NCBI GenBank assembly: GCA_964016885.1 | Contig: CAXHJY010000347.1 | Span: 1-52,000, forward strand | Source: Eledone cirrhosa | Taxonomy: Eukaryota | Length of the DNA stretch: 52,000 bases | Reading direction: 5' to 3' | Notes under the pieces: generated by a model | What the model was told of the DNA's origin: nothing | The model's input: only the letters and a program-made list of their open reading frames with translations | Databases searched by the model: none | Part shown: positions 11,501-25,300 of the stretch, piece by piece | How the letters are laid out: every line of letters starts with the position of its first letter | Numbering within the stretch: the first letter of the stretch is position 1 | Program-made: the position numbers and the translations under genes

Positions 11501-13718
11501 GAGTTTTATCTTAAGATTCAACTGTTGTTAAAACGAGCTTATCTTAAGATTCAGTTGTTGTTAAAACGAATCAGTTCTTAAGATTCAACTGTTGTTCAAA
11601 CGAGTTTTATTTGAAGATTCAACTGTTGTTAAAATGAGTCAGTTCTTAAGGTTGAACTGTTAATAAAACGACTCAGTTCTTAAGATTCAACTGTTGTAAA
11701 ACGAGTTTTATCTTAAGATTCAACAGTTATTAAAACGAGTCAGTTCTTAAGATTCAACTGTTGTTAAAACGAGTTTTATCTTAAGATTCCACTGTTGTTA
11801 TAACGAGTTTTATCTTAAGATTCAACTGTTGTTAAACGAATCAGTTCTTATGATTCAACTGTTGTTAAAACGAGTTTTATTTGAAGATTCAACTGTTGTT
11901 AAAACGAGTCAGTTCTTAAGATTCAACCGTTGTTAAAACGAGTTTTATCTTAAGATTCAGCTGTTGTTAAAACGAGTCAGTTCTTAAGATTCAACTGTTG
12001 TTAGAACGAGTTTTATTTGAAGATTCAACTGTTGTTAAAACGAGTCAGTTCTTATGGTTGAACTGTTGTTAAAACGAGTCAGTTCTTAAGATTCAACTGT
12101 TGTTAAAACGAGTTTTATCTAAAGATTCAGCTGTTGTTAAAATGAGTCAGTTCTTAAGATTCAACTGTTGTTAAAACGAGTTTTATCTTAAGATTCAACT
12201 GTTGTTAAAACGAGTCAGTTCTTAAGATTCAACTGTTGTTAAAACGAGTTTTATTTGAAGATTCAACTGTTGTTAAAACGAGTCAGTTCTTAAGGTTGAA
12301 CTGTTGATAAAACGAGTCAGTTCTTAAGATTCAACTGTTGTTAAAACGAGACAGTTCTTAAGATTCAGCTGTTGTTAAAATGAGTCAGTTCTTAAGATTC
12401 AACTGTTGTTAAAACGAGTTTTATTTGAAGATTCAACTGTTGTTAAAACGAGTCAGTTCTTAAGGTTGAACTGTTGATAAAACGAGTCAGTTCTTAAGAT
12501 TCAACAGTTGTTAAAACGAGACAGTTCTTAAGATTCAACTGTTGTTAAAACGAGACAGTTCTTAAGATTCAACTGTTGTTAAAACGAGTTTTATTTTAAG
12601 ATTCAACTGTTGTTAAAATGAGTTTTATCATAAGATTCAACTGTTGTTAAAACGAGTCAGTTCTTAAGATTCAACTGTTGTTAAAACAAGTTTTATTTGA
12701 AGATTCAACTGTTGTTAAAACGAGTCAGTTATTAAGTTTGCACTGTTGTTAAAACGAATCAGTTCTTAACATTCAACTATCGTTAAAACGAATTTTATCT
12801 TAAGATTCAACTGTTGTTAAGACGAGTTTTATCTTAAGATTCAGCTGTTGTTTAAACGAGTCAGTTCTTACGGTTAAACTGTTGATAAAACGAGTCAGTT
12901 CTTAAGATTCAACTGTTGTTAAAACGAGTTTTATCTTAAGATTCAACTGTTGTTAAAACGAGTCAGTTCTTAAGATTCAACTGTTGTTAAAACGAGTCAG
13001 TTCTTAAGATTCAACTGTTGTTAAAACGAGTTTTATCTTAAGATTCAACTGTTGTTAAAACGAGTCAGTTCTTAAGATTCAACTGTTGTTAAAACGAGTC
13101 AGTTCTTAAGATTCAGCTGTTGTTAAAACGAGTTTATTTGAAGATTCAACTGTTGTTAAGATGAGTCAGTTCTTAAGGTTGAACTGCTGATAAAACAAGT
13201 CAGTTCTTAAGATTCAACTGTTGTTAAAACGAGTTTTATCTTAAGATTTAGCTGTTGTTAAAACGAGTCAGTTCTTAAGATTCAACTGTTGTTAAAACGA
13301 GTGTATCTTCAAATTCAGCTGTTGTTAAAACGAGTCAGTTCTTAAGATTCAACTGTTGTTAAAACGAGTTTTATTTGAAGATTCAACTGTTGTTAAAACG
13401 AGTCATTTCTTAAGTATGAACTGTTGATAAAACGAGTCAGTTCTTACGATTCAACTGTTGTTAAAACGAGTTTTATCTTAAGATTCAGCTGTTGTTAAAA
13501 CGAGTAAGTTCTTAAGATTCAACTGTTGTTAAAACGAGTTTGATCTTACGATTCAACTGTTGTTAAAACGAGTTTATCTTAAGATTCAGCTGTTGTTAAA
13601 ACGAATCAGTTCTTAAGATTCAACTGTTGTTAAAACGAGTTTTATTTGAAGATTCAACTGTTGTTAAAACGAGTCAGTTCTTAAGGTTGAACTGTTGATA
13701 AAACGAGACAGTTCTTAC

Positions 13719-16700
13719 GATTCAACTGTTGTTAAAACGAGTTTTATCTTAAGATTCAGCTGTTGTTAAAACGAGTTTTATCTTAAGATTCAGCTGTTGT
13801 TAAAACGAGTCAGTTCTTAAGATTCAGCTGTTGTTAAAACGAATCAGTTCTTAAGATTCAACTGTTGTTAAAACGAGTTTTATTTGAAGATTCAACTGTT
13901 GTTAAAACGAGTCAGTTCTTAAGGTTGAACTGTTGATAAAACGAGTCAGTTCTTACGATTCAACTGTTGTTAAAACGAGTTTTATCTTAAGATTCAGCTG
14001 TTGTTAAAATGAGTCAGTTCTTAAGATTCAACTGTTGTTAAAACGAGTTTTATCTTAAGATTCAACTGTTGTTAAAACGAGTTTTATTTGAAGATTCAAC
14101 TGTTGTTAAAACGAGTCAGTTCTTAAGATTCAACTGTTGTTAAAACGAGACAGTTCTTAAGATTCAACTGTTGTTAAAACGAGTTTTATCTTAAGATTCA
14201 ACTGTTGTTAAAATGAGTTTTATCATAAGATTCAACTGTTGTTAAAACGAGTCAGTTCTTAAGATTCAACTGTTGTAAAACAAGTTTTATTTGAATATTC
14301 AACTGTTGTTAAAACGAGTCAGTTATTAAGTTTGCACTGTTGTTAAAACGAATCAGTTCTTAACATTCAACTATCGTTAAAGCGAATTTTATCTTAAGAT
14401 TCAACTGTTGTTAAGACGAGTTTTATCTTAAGATTCAGCTGTTGTTAAAACGAATCAGTTCTTAAGGTTGAACTGTTGATAAAACGAGTCTGTTCTTAAG
14501 ATTCAACTGTTGTTAAAACGAGTTTTATCTTAAGATTCCACTGTTGTTATAACGAGTTTTATCTTAAGATTCAACTGTTGTTAAACGACTCAGTTCTTAT
14601 GATTCAACTGTTGTTAAAACGAGTTTTATTTGAAGATTCAACTGTTGTTAAAACGAGTCAGTTCTTAAGATTCAACCGTTGTTAAAACGAGTTTTATCTT
14701 AAGATTCAGCTGTTGTTAAAACGAGTCAGTTCTTAAGATTCAACTGTTGTTAAAACGAGTTTTATTTGAAGATTCAACTGTTGTTAAAACGAGTCAGTTC
14801 TTATGGTTGAACTGTTGTTAAAACGAGTCAGTTCTTAAGATTCAACTGTTGTTAAAACGAGTTTTATATAAAGATTCAGCTGTTGTTAAAATGAGTCAGT
14901 TCTTAAGATTCAACTGTTGTTAAAACGAGTTTTATTTGAAGATTCAACTGTTGTTAAAACGAGTCAGTTCTTAAGGTTGAACTGTTGATAAAACGAGTCA
15001 ATTCTTAAGATTCAACTGTTGTTAAAACGAGACAGTTCTTAAGATTCAACTGTTGTTAAAACGAGACAGTTGTTAAGATTCAACTGTTGTTAAAACGAGT
15101 GTTATCTTAAGATTCAACTGTTGTTAAAACGAGTTTTATCTTAAGATTCAGCTGTTGTTAAAACGAGTCAGTTCTTAAGATTCAGCTGTTGTTAAAACGA
15201 GTTTTATCTTAAGATTCAACTGTTGTTAAAACGAGTTTTATTTGAAGATTCAACTGTTGTTAAAACGAGTCAGTTCTTATGGTTGAACTGTTGTTAAAAC
15301 GAGTCAGTTCTTAAGATTCAACTGTTGTTAAAACGAGTTTTATCTTAAGATTCAACTGTTGTTAAAACGAGTCAGTTCTTAAGATTCAACTGTTGTGAAA
15401 ACGAGTTTTATTTGAAGATTCAACTGTTGTTAAAACGAGTCAGTTCTTAAGGTTGAACTGTTGATAAAACGAGTCAGTTCTTAAGATTCAACTGTTGTTA
15501 AAACGAGTTTAATCTTAAGATTCAGCTGTTGTTAAACGAGTCAGTTCTTAAGATTCAGCTGTCGTTAAAACGAATCAGTTCTTAAGATTCAACTGTTGTT
15601 AAAACGAGTTTTATTTGAAGATTCAACTGTTGTTAAAATGAGTCAGTTCTTAAGGTTGAACTGTTGATAAAGCGAGTCAGTGGTTAAGATTCAACTGTTG
15701 TTAAAACGAGTTTTATCTTAAGATTCAGCTGTTGTTAAAACGAGTCAGTTCTTAAGATTCAACTGTTGTTAAAACGAGTTTTATCTTAAGATTCAACTGT
15801 TATTAAAACGAGTCAGTTCTTAAGATTCAACTGTTGTTAAAACGAGTTTATCTTAAGATTCAACTGTTGTTAAAACGAGTTTATATTAAGATACAGTTGT
15901 TGTTAAAACGAATCAGTTCTTAAGATTCAACTGTTGTTAAAACGAGTCAGTTCTTAAGATTAAACTGTTGTTAAAACGAGGTTTATCTTAAGATTCAACT
16001 GTTATTAAAACGAGTCAGTTCTTAAGATCCAACTGTTGTTAAAACGAGTTTTATCTTAAGATTCAAGTGTTGTTAAAACGAGTGTTATCTTAAGATTTAA
16101 CTGTTGTTAAACGAATCAATTCTTATGATTCAACTGTTGTTAAAAGGAGTTTTATTTGAAGATTCAACTGTTGTTAAAACGAGTCAGTTCTTAAGATTCA
16201 ACCGTTGTTAAAACGCGTTTTATCTTAAGATTCAGCTGTTGTTAAAACGAGTCAGTTCTTAAGATTCAGCTGTTGTTAAAACGAATCAGTTCTTAAGATT
16301 CAACTGTTGTTAAAACGAGTTTTATTTGAAGATTCAACTGTTGTTAAAACGAGTCAGTTCTTATGGTTGAACTGTTGTTAAAACGAGTCAGTTCTTAAGA
16401 TTCAACTGTTGTTAAAACGAGTTTTATCTTAAGATTCAGCTGTTGTTAAAACGAGTTTTATCTTAAGATTCAGCTGTTGTTAAAACGAGTCAGTTCTTAA
16501 GATTCAGCTGTTGTTAAAACGAATCAGTTCTTAAGATTCAACTGTTGTTAAAACGAGTTTTATTTGAAGATTCAACTGTTGTTAAAACGAGTCAGTTCTT
16601 AAGGTTGAACTGTTGATAAAACGAGTCAGTTCTTACGATTCAACTGTTGTTAAAACGAGTTTTATCTTAAGATTCAGCTGTTGTTAAAATGAGTCAGTTC

Positions 16701-19135
16701 TTAAGATTCAACTGTTGTTAAAACGAGTTTTATCTTAAGATTCAACTGTTGTTAAAACGAGTTTTATTTGAAGATTCAACTGTTGTTAAAACGAGTCAGT
16801 TCTTAAGATTCAACTGTTGTTAAAACGAGACAGTTCTTAAGATTCAACTGTTGTTAAAACGAGTTTTATCTTAAGATTCAACTGTTGTTAAAATGAGTTT
16901 TATCATAAGATTCAACTGTTGTTAAAACGAGTCAGTTCTTAAGATTCAACTGTTGTAAAACAAGTTTTATTTGAATATTCAACTGTTGTTAAAACGAGTC
17001 AGTTATTAAGTTTGCACTGTTGTTAAAACGAATCAGTTCTTAACATTCAACTATCGTTAAAGCGAATTTTATCTTAAGATTCAACTGTTGTTAAGACGAG
17101 TTTTATCTTAAGATTCAGCTGTTGTTAAAACGAATCAGTTCTTAAGGTTGAACTGTTGATAAAACGAGTCTGTTCTTAAGATTCAACTGTTGTTAAAACG
17201 AGTTTTATCTTAAGATTCCACTGTTGTTATAACGAGTTTTATCTTAAGATTCAACTGTTGTTAAACGACTCAGTTCTTATGATTCAACTGTTGTTAAAAC
17301 GAGTTTTATTTGAAGATTCAACTGTTGTTAAAACGAGTCAGTTCTTAAGATTCAACCGTTGTTAAAACGAGTTTTATCTTAAGATTCAGCTGTTGTTAAA
17401 ACGAGTCAGTTCTTAAGATTCAACTGTTGTTAAAACGAGTTTTATTTGAAGATTCAACTGTTGTTAAAACGAGTCAGTTCTTATGGTTGAACTGTTGTTA
17501 AAACGAGTCAGTTCTTAAGATTCAACTGTTGTTAAAACGAGTTTTATATAAAGATTCAGCTGTTGTTAAAATGAGTCAGTTCTTAAGATTCAACTGTTGT
17601 TAAAACGAGTTTTATTTGAAGATTCAACTGTTGTTAAAACGAGTCAGTTCTTAAGGTTGAACTGTTGATAAAACGAGTCAATTCTTAAGATTCAACTGTT
17701 GTTAAAACGAGACAGTTCTTAAGATTCAACTGTTGTTAAAACGAGACAGTTGTTAAGATTCAACTGTTGTTAAAACGAGTGTTATCTTAAGATTCAACTG
17801 TTGTTAAAACGAGTTTTATCTTAAGATTCAGCTGTTGTTAAAACGAGTCAGTTCTTAAGATTCAGCTGTTGTTAAAACGAGTTTTATCTTAAGATTCAAC
17901 TGTTGTTAAAACGAGTTTTATTTGAAGATTCAACTGTTGTTAAAACGAGTCAGTTCTTATGGTTGAACTGTTGTTAAAACGAGTCAGTTCTTAAGATTCA
18001 ACTGTTGTTAAAACGAGTTTTATCTTAAGATTCAACTGTTGTTAAAACGAGTCAGTTCTTAAGATTCAACTGTTGTGAAAACGAGTTTTATTTGAAGATT
18101 CAACTGTTGTTAAAACGAGTCAGTTCTTAAGGTTGAACTGTTGATAAAACGAGTCAGTTCTTAAGATTCAACTGTTGTTAAAACGAGTTTAATCTTAAGA
18201 TTCAGCTGTTGTTAAACGAGTCAGTTCTTAAGATTCAGCTGTCGTTAAAACGAATCAGTTCTTAAGATTCAACTGTTGTTAAAACGAGTTTTATTTGAAG
18301 ATTCAACTGTTGTTAAAATGAGTCAGTTCTTAAGGTTGAACTGTTGATAAAGCGAGTCAGTGGTTAAGATTCAACTGTTGTTAAAACGAGTTTTATCTTA
18401 AGATTCAGCTGTTGTTAAAACGAGTCAGTTCTTAAGATTCAACTGTTGTTAAAACGAGTTTTATCTTAAGATTCAACTGTTATTAAAACGAGTCAGTTCT
18501 TAAGATTCAACTGTTGTTAAAACGAGTTTATCTTAAGATTCAACTGTTGTTAAAACGAGTTTATATTAAGATACAGTTGTTGTTAAAACGAATCAGTTCT
18601 TAAGATTCAACTGTTGTTAAAACGAGTCAGTTCTTAAGATTAAACTGTTGTTAAAACGAGGTTTATCTTAAGATTCAACTGTTATTAAAACGAGTCAGTT
18701 CTTAAGATCCAACTGTTGTTAAAACGAGTTTTATCTTAAGATTCAAGTGTTGTTAAAACGAGTGTTATCTTAAGATTTAACTGTTGTTAAACGAATCAAT
18801 TCTTATGATTCAACTGTTGTTAAAAGGAGTTTTATTTGAAGATTCAACTGTTGTTAAAACGAGTCAGTTCTTAAGATTCAACCGTTGTTAAAACGCGTTT
18901 TATCTTAAGATTCAGCTGTTGTTAAAACGAGTCAGTTCTTAAGATTCAGCTGTTGTTAAAACGAATCAGTTCTTAAGATTCAACTGTTGTTAAAACGAGT
19001 TTTATTTGAAGATTCAACTGTTGTTAAAACGAGTCAGTTCTTATGGTTGAACTGTTGTTAAAACGAGTCAGTTCTTAAGATTCAACTGTTGTTAAAACGA
19101 GTTTTATCTTAAGATTCAGCTGTTGTTAAAACGAG
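13719..19135. repeat. Near-perfect tandem block duplication, period 2680 bp (79 monomers), 2 copies
   Basis: TGTTGTAAAACAAG 14271/16951, AGCGAGTCAGTGG 15671/18351, ATACAGTTG 15891/18571, ACCGTTGTTAAAACGCG 16201/18881, all at +2680. Confidence 0.93.
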
Positions 19136-22100
19136 CCATTTCTTAAGATTCAGCTGTTGTTAAAACGAATCAGTTCTTAAGATTCAACTGTTGTTAAAAC
19201 GAGTTTTATTTGAAGATTCAACTGTTGTTAAAACGAGTCAGTCCTTAAGATTGAACTGTTGATAAAACGAGTCAGTTCTTACGATTCAACTGTTGTTAAA
19301 ACGAGTTTTATCTTAAGATTCAGCTGTTGTTAAAACGAGTCAGTTCTTAAGATTCAACTGTTGTTAAAACGAGTTTTATCTTAAGATTCAACCGTTGTTA
19401 AAACGAATCCGTTCTTAAGATTCAACTGTTGTTAAAACGAGTTTTATCTTCAGATTCAACTGTTGTTAAAACGAGTTTATCTTAAGATTGAGCTGTTGTT
19501 AAAACGAATCAGTTCTTAAGATTCAACTGTTGTTAAAACGAGTTTTATTTGAAGATTCAACTGTTGTTAAAACGAGTCAGTTCTTAAGGTTGAACTGTTG
19601 ATAAAACGAGTCAGTTCTTACGATTCAACCTTTGTTAAAACGATTTTTATCTTAAGATTCAGCTGTTGTTAAAACGAGTCAGTTCTTAAGATTCAACTGT
19701 TGTTAAAACGAGTTTTATCTTAAGATTCAACTGTTGTTAAAACGAATCCGTTCTTAAGATTCAACTGTCGTTAAAACGAGTTTTATTTGAAGATTCAACT
19801 GTTGTTAAAATGAGACAGTTCTTAAGGTTGAACTGTTGATAAAACGAGTCAGTTCTTAAGATTCAACTGTTGTTAAAACGAGTTTTATCTTAAGATTCAA
19901 CTGTTATTAAAACGAGTCAGTTCTTAAGATTCAACTGTTGTTAAAACGAGTTTTATCTTAAGATTCAACTGTTGTTAAAACGAGTTTTATCTTAAGATTC
20001 AACTGTTGTTAAAACGAATCAGTTCTTAAGATTCAACTGTTGTTAAAACGAGTTTTATTTGAAGATTCAACTGTTGCTAAAACGAGTCAGTTCTTAAGGT
20101 TGAACTGTTGATAAAACGAGTCAGTTCTTAAGATTCAACTGTTGTTAAAACGAGTTTTGCCTTAAGATTCAATTGTTGTTAAAACGAGTCAGTTCTTAAG
20201 ATTCAACTGTTGTTAAAACGAGTTTTGTCTTAAGATTCAATTGTTGTTAAGATGAGTCAGTTCTTAAGATTCAACTGTTGTTAATACGAGTTTTATCTTA
20301 AGATTCAATTGTTGTTAAAACGAGTCAGTTCATAAGATTCAACTGTTGTTAAAACGAGTTATATCTTAAGATTCAACTGTTGTTAAAACGAGTCAGTTCT
20401 TAAGATTCAACTGCTGTTAAAACGAGTCAGTTCTTACGTTTGCACTGTTGTTAAAACGAATCAGTTCTTAACATTCAACTATTGTTAAAACGAATTTTAT
20501 CTTAAGATTCAGCCGTTGTTAAAACGAGTCAGTTCTTAAGGTTGAACTGTTGATAAAACGAGTCAGTTCTTAAGATTCAACTGTTGTTAAAACGAGTTTT
20601 ATCTTAAGATTCAGCTGTTGTTAAAACGAGTCAGTTCTTAAGATTCAACTGTTGTTAAAACGAGTTTTATCTTAAGATTCAACTGTTGTTAAAATGAGTC
20701 AGTTCTTAAGATTCAACTGTTGTTAAAACGAGATTTATCTTAAGATTCAACTGTTGTTAAAACGAGTCAGTTCTTAAGATTCAACTGTTGTTAAAACGAG
20801 TTTTATTTGAAGATTCAACTGTTGTTAAAACGAGTCAGTTCTTAAGGTTGAACTGTTGATAAAACGAGTCAGTTCTTACGATTCAACTGTTGTTAAAACG
20901 AGTTTTATCTTAAGATTCAGCTGTTGTTAAAATGAGTCAGTTCTTAAGATTCAACTGTTGTTAAAACGAGTTTTATCTTAAGATTCAACTGTTGTTAAAA
21001 CGAGTTTTATTTGAAGATTCAACTGTTGTTAAAACGAGTCAGTTCTTAAGATTCAACTGTTGTTAAAACGAGACAGTTCTTAAGATTCAACTGTTGTTAA
21101 AACGAGTTTTATTTGAAGATTCAACTGTTGTTAAAACGAGTCAGTTATTAAGTTTGCACTGTTGTTAAAACGAATCAGTTCTTAACATTCAACTATCGTT
21201 AAAGCGAATTTTATCTTAAGATTCAACTGTTGTTATGACGAGTTTTATCTTAAGATTCAGCTGTTGTTAAAACGAGTCAGTTCTTAAGGTTGAACTGTTG
21301 ATAAAACGAGTCAGTTCTTAAGATTCAACTGTTGTTAAAACGAGTTTTATCTTAAGATTCCACTGTTGTTATAACGAGTTTTATCTTAAGATTCAACTGT
21401 TGTTAAACGACTCAGTTCTTATGATTCAACTGTTGTTAAAACGAGTTTTATTTGAAGATTCAACTGTTGTTAAAACGAGTCAGTTCTTAAGATTCAACCG
21501 TTGTTAAAACGAGTTTTATATAAAGATTCAGCTGTTGTTAAAATGAGTCAGTTCTTAAGATTCAACTGTTGTTAAAACGAGTTTTATTTGAAGATTCAAC
21601 TGTTGTTAAAACGAGTCAGTTCTTAAGGTTGAACTGTTGATAAAACGAGTCAGTTCTGAAGATTCAACTGTTGTTAAAACGATTTTTTATTTTAAGATTC
21701 AGCTGTTGTTAAAACGAGTCAGTTCTTAAGATTCAACTGTTGTTAAAACGAGTTTTATCTTAAGATTCAACTGTTGTTAAAATGAGTCAGTTCTTAAGAT
21801 TCAACTGTTGTTAAAACGTGATTTATCTTAAGATTCAACTGTTGTTAAAACGAGTCAGTTCTTACGATTCAACTGTTGTTAATACGAGATTTATCTTAAG
21901 ATTCAACTGTTGTTAAAACGAGTTTTATCTTAAGATTCAACTGTTGTTAAAACGAGTCAGTTCTTAAGATTCAACTGTTGTTAAAACGAGTTTTATTTGA
22001 AGATTCAACTGTTGTTAAAACGAGTCAGTTCTTAAGGTTGAACTGTTGATAAAACGAGTCAGTTCTTAAGATTCAACTGTTGTTAAAACGAGTTTATTTG

Positions 22101-23219
22101 AAGATTCAACTGTTGTTAAGATGAGTCAGTTCTCAAGATTCAACTGTTGTTAAAACGAGTTTATCTTAAGATTCAGCTGTTGTTAAAACGAGTCAGTTCT
22201 TAAGATTCAAATGTTGTTAAAACGAGGTTTATCTTAAGATTCAACTGTTGTTAAAACGAGTTTATCTTAAGATTCAGCTGTTGTTAAAACGAATCAGTTC
22301 TTAAGATTCAACTGTTGTTAAAACGAGTTTTATTTGAAGATTCTTCTGTTGTTAAAATGAGTCAGTTCTTAAGGTTGAACTGTTGATAACACGAGTCAGT
22401 TCTTAAGATTCAACTGTTGTTAAAACGAGTCAGTTCTTAAGGTTGAACTGTTGTTAAAACGAGTCAGTTCTTAAGATTCAACTGTTGTTAAAACGAGTTT
22501 TATCTTAAGATTCAACTGTTGTTAAAATGAGTCAGTTCTTAAGATTCAACTGTTGTTAAAACGAGTTTTATCATATGATTCAACTGTTGTTAAAACGAGT
22601 TAGTTCTTAAGATTCAACTGTTGTTAAAGCGAGTTTTATTTGAAGATTCAACTGTTGTTAAAACGAGTCAGTTCTTAAGGTTGAACTGTTGTTAAAACGA
22701 GTTTTGTCTTAAGATTCAGCTGTTGTTAACACGAGTCAGCTCTTAAGATTCAACTGTTGTTAACATGAGTTTTATCATAAGATTCAACTGTTGTTAAAAC
22801 GAGTCAGTCCTTAAGTTTGAACTGTTGTTAAAACGAATCAGTTATTAAGATTCAACTGTTGTTAAAACGAATTTTATCTTAAGATTCAACTGTTGTTAAA
22901 ACGAGTCAGTTCTTAAGATTCAAATGTGATTAAAACGAGATTTATCTTAAGATTCAAACTGTTGTAAAAACGAGACAGTTCTTAAGATTCAACTGTTGTT
23001 AAAATGATGTTTTATCTTAAGAATCAACAGTTGTTAATACGAGTCAGTTCTTAAGATTCAACTGTTATTAAAACGAGGTTTATCTTAAGATTCATCTGTT
23101 GTTAAAACGAATCTGTTCTTAAGATTCAACTGTTGTTAAAATGAGTTTTATCATAAGATTGAACTGTTGTTAAAACGAGTCAGTTCTTAAGTTTGAACTG
23201 TTGTTAAAACGAGCCAGTT

Positions 23220-23560
23220 CTTAAGATTCAACTGTTGTTAAAACGAGACAGTTCTTAAGATTCAACTGTTGTTAAAACGAGACAGTTCTTAAAATTCAAC
23301 TGTTGTTAAAACGAGTTTTATCTTAAGATTCAACTGTTGTTAAAATGAGTTTTATCATAAGATTCAACTGTTGTTAAAACGAGTCAGTTCTTAAGATTCA
23401 ACTGTTGTTAAAACGAGACAGTTCTTAAGATTCAACTGTTGTTAAAACGAGACAGTTCTTAAAATTCAACTGTTGTTAAAACGAGTTTTATCTTAAGATT
23501 CAACTGTTGTTAAAATGAGTTTTATCATAAGATTCAACTGTTGTTAAAACGAGTCAGTTC
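23220..23560. repeat. Short tandem duplication of 5 monomers (170 bp)
   Basis: AAAATTCAAC variant at 23291 and 23461, each followed by the same AAATGAGTTTTATCATAAG monomer. Confidence 0.8.
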
Positions 23561-24399
23561 CTAAGATTCAACTGTTGTTAAAACAAGTTTTATTTGAATA
23601 TTCAACTGTTGTTAAAACGAGTCAGTTATTAAGTTTGCACTGTTGTTAAAACGAATCAGTTCTTAACATTCAACTATCGTTAAAGCGAATTTTATCTTAA
23701 GATTCAACTGTTGTTAAGACGAGTTTTATCTTAAGATTCAGCTGTTGTTAAAACGAGTCAGTTCTTTAGATTGAACTGTTGATAAAACGAGTCAGTTCTT
23801 AAGATTCAACTGTTGTTAAAACGAGTTTTATCTTAAGATTCCACTGTTGTTATAACGAGTTTTATCTTAAGATTCAACTGTTGTTAAACGACTCAGTTCT
23901 TATGATTCAACTGTTGTTAAAACGAGTTTTATTTGAAGATTCAACTGTTGTTAAAACGAGTCAGTTCTTAAGATTCAACTGTTGTTAAACGACTCAGTTC
24001 TTAAGATTCAACTGTTGTTTAAAGAGTTTTATTTGAAGATTCAACTGTTGTTAAACGAGTCAGCTCTAAAGGTTGAACTGATGTCAAAACGAGTCAGTTC
24101 TTAAGATTCAACTGTTGTTAAAACGAGTTTTATCTTAAGATTCAGCTGTTGTTAAAACGAGTCAGTTCTTAAGATTCAACTGTTGTTAAAACGAGTTGTA
24201 TTTGAAGATTCAACTGTTGTTAAAACGAGTTTTATCTTAAGATTCAACTGTTGTTAAAACGAATCAGTTCTTAAGATTCAACTATTGTTAAAACGAGTTT
24301 TATCTTAACATCCAACTGTTGTTAAAACGAGACAGTTCTTAATATTCAACTGTTGTTAAAACGAGTTTTATCTTAAGATTCAGCTGTTGTTAAATCGAG

Positions 24400-25300
24400 T
24401 CAGTTCTTAAGATTCAACTGTTGTTAAAACGAGATTTATTTGAAGATTCAACTGTTGTTAAAACGAGTCAGTTCTTAAGATCCAACTGTTGTTAAAACGA
24501 GTTGTATCTTAAGATTCAGCTGTTTTTAAAACGAGTCAGTTCTTAAGATTCAACAGTTGTTAAAACGAGTTTTATCTTAAGATTCAACTGTTGTTAAAAC
24601 GAGTCAGTTCTTAAGATTCAACTATTGTTAAAACGAGTTTTATCTTAACATTCAACTGTTGTTAAAACGAGTCAGTTCTTAAGATTCAACTGTTGTTAAA
24701 ACGAGTTTTATCTCAAGATTCAACTGTTGTTAAAATGAGTCAGTTCTTAAGATTCAACTGTTGTTAAAACGAGTTTTATCTTAAGATTCAACTGTTGTTA
24801 AAACGAGTCAGTTCTTAAGATTCAACTGTTGTTAAATCGAGTTTTATTTGAAGATTCAACTGTTGTTAAAACGAGTCAGTTCTTAAGATTCAACTGTTGT
24901 TAAAACGAGATTTATTTGAAGATTACAGGTTGTTAAAACGAGTCAGTTCTTAAGATCCAACTGTTGTTAAAACGAGTTATATCTTAAGATTCAGCTGTTT
25001 TTAAAACGAGTCAGTTCTTAAGATTCAACAGTTGTTAAAACGAGTTTTATCTTAAGATTCAACTGTTGTTAAAACGAGTCAGTTCTTAAGATTCAACTAT
25101 TGTTAAAACGAGTTTTATCTTAACATTCAACTGTTGTTAAAACGAGTCAGTTCTTAAGATTCAACTGTTGTTAAAACGAGTTTTATCTCAAGATTCAACT
25201 GTTGTTAAAATGAGTCAGTTCTTAAGATTCAACTGTTGTTAAAACGAGTTTTATCTTAAGATTCAACTGTTGTTAAAACGAGTCAGTTCTTAAGATTCAA
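24400..25300. repeat. Tandem duplication of 14 monomers (475 bp)
   Basis: TGTTTTTAAA at 24521/24996, with linked GATCCAAC, CAACAGTT and ATCTCAAG variants in the same order. Boundaries are approximate. Confidence 0.8.
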
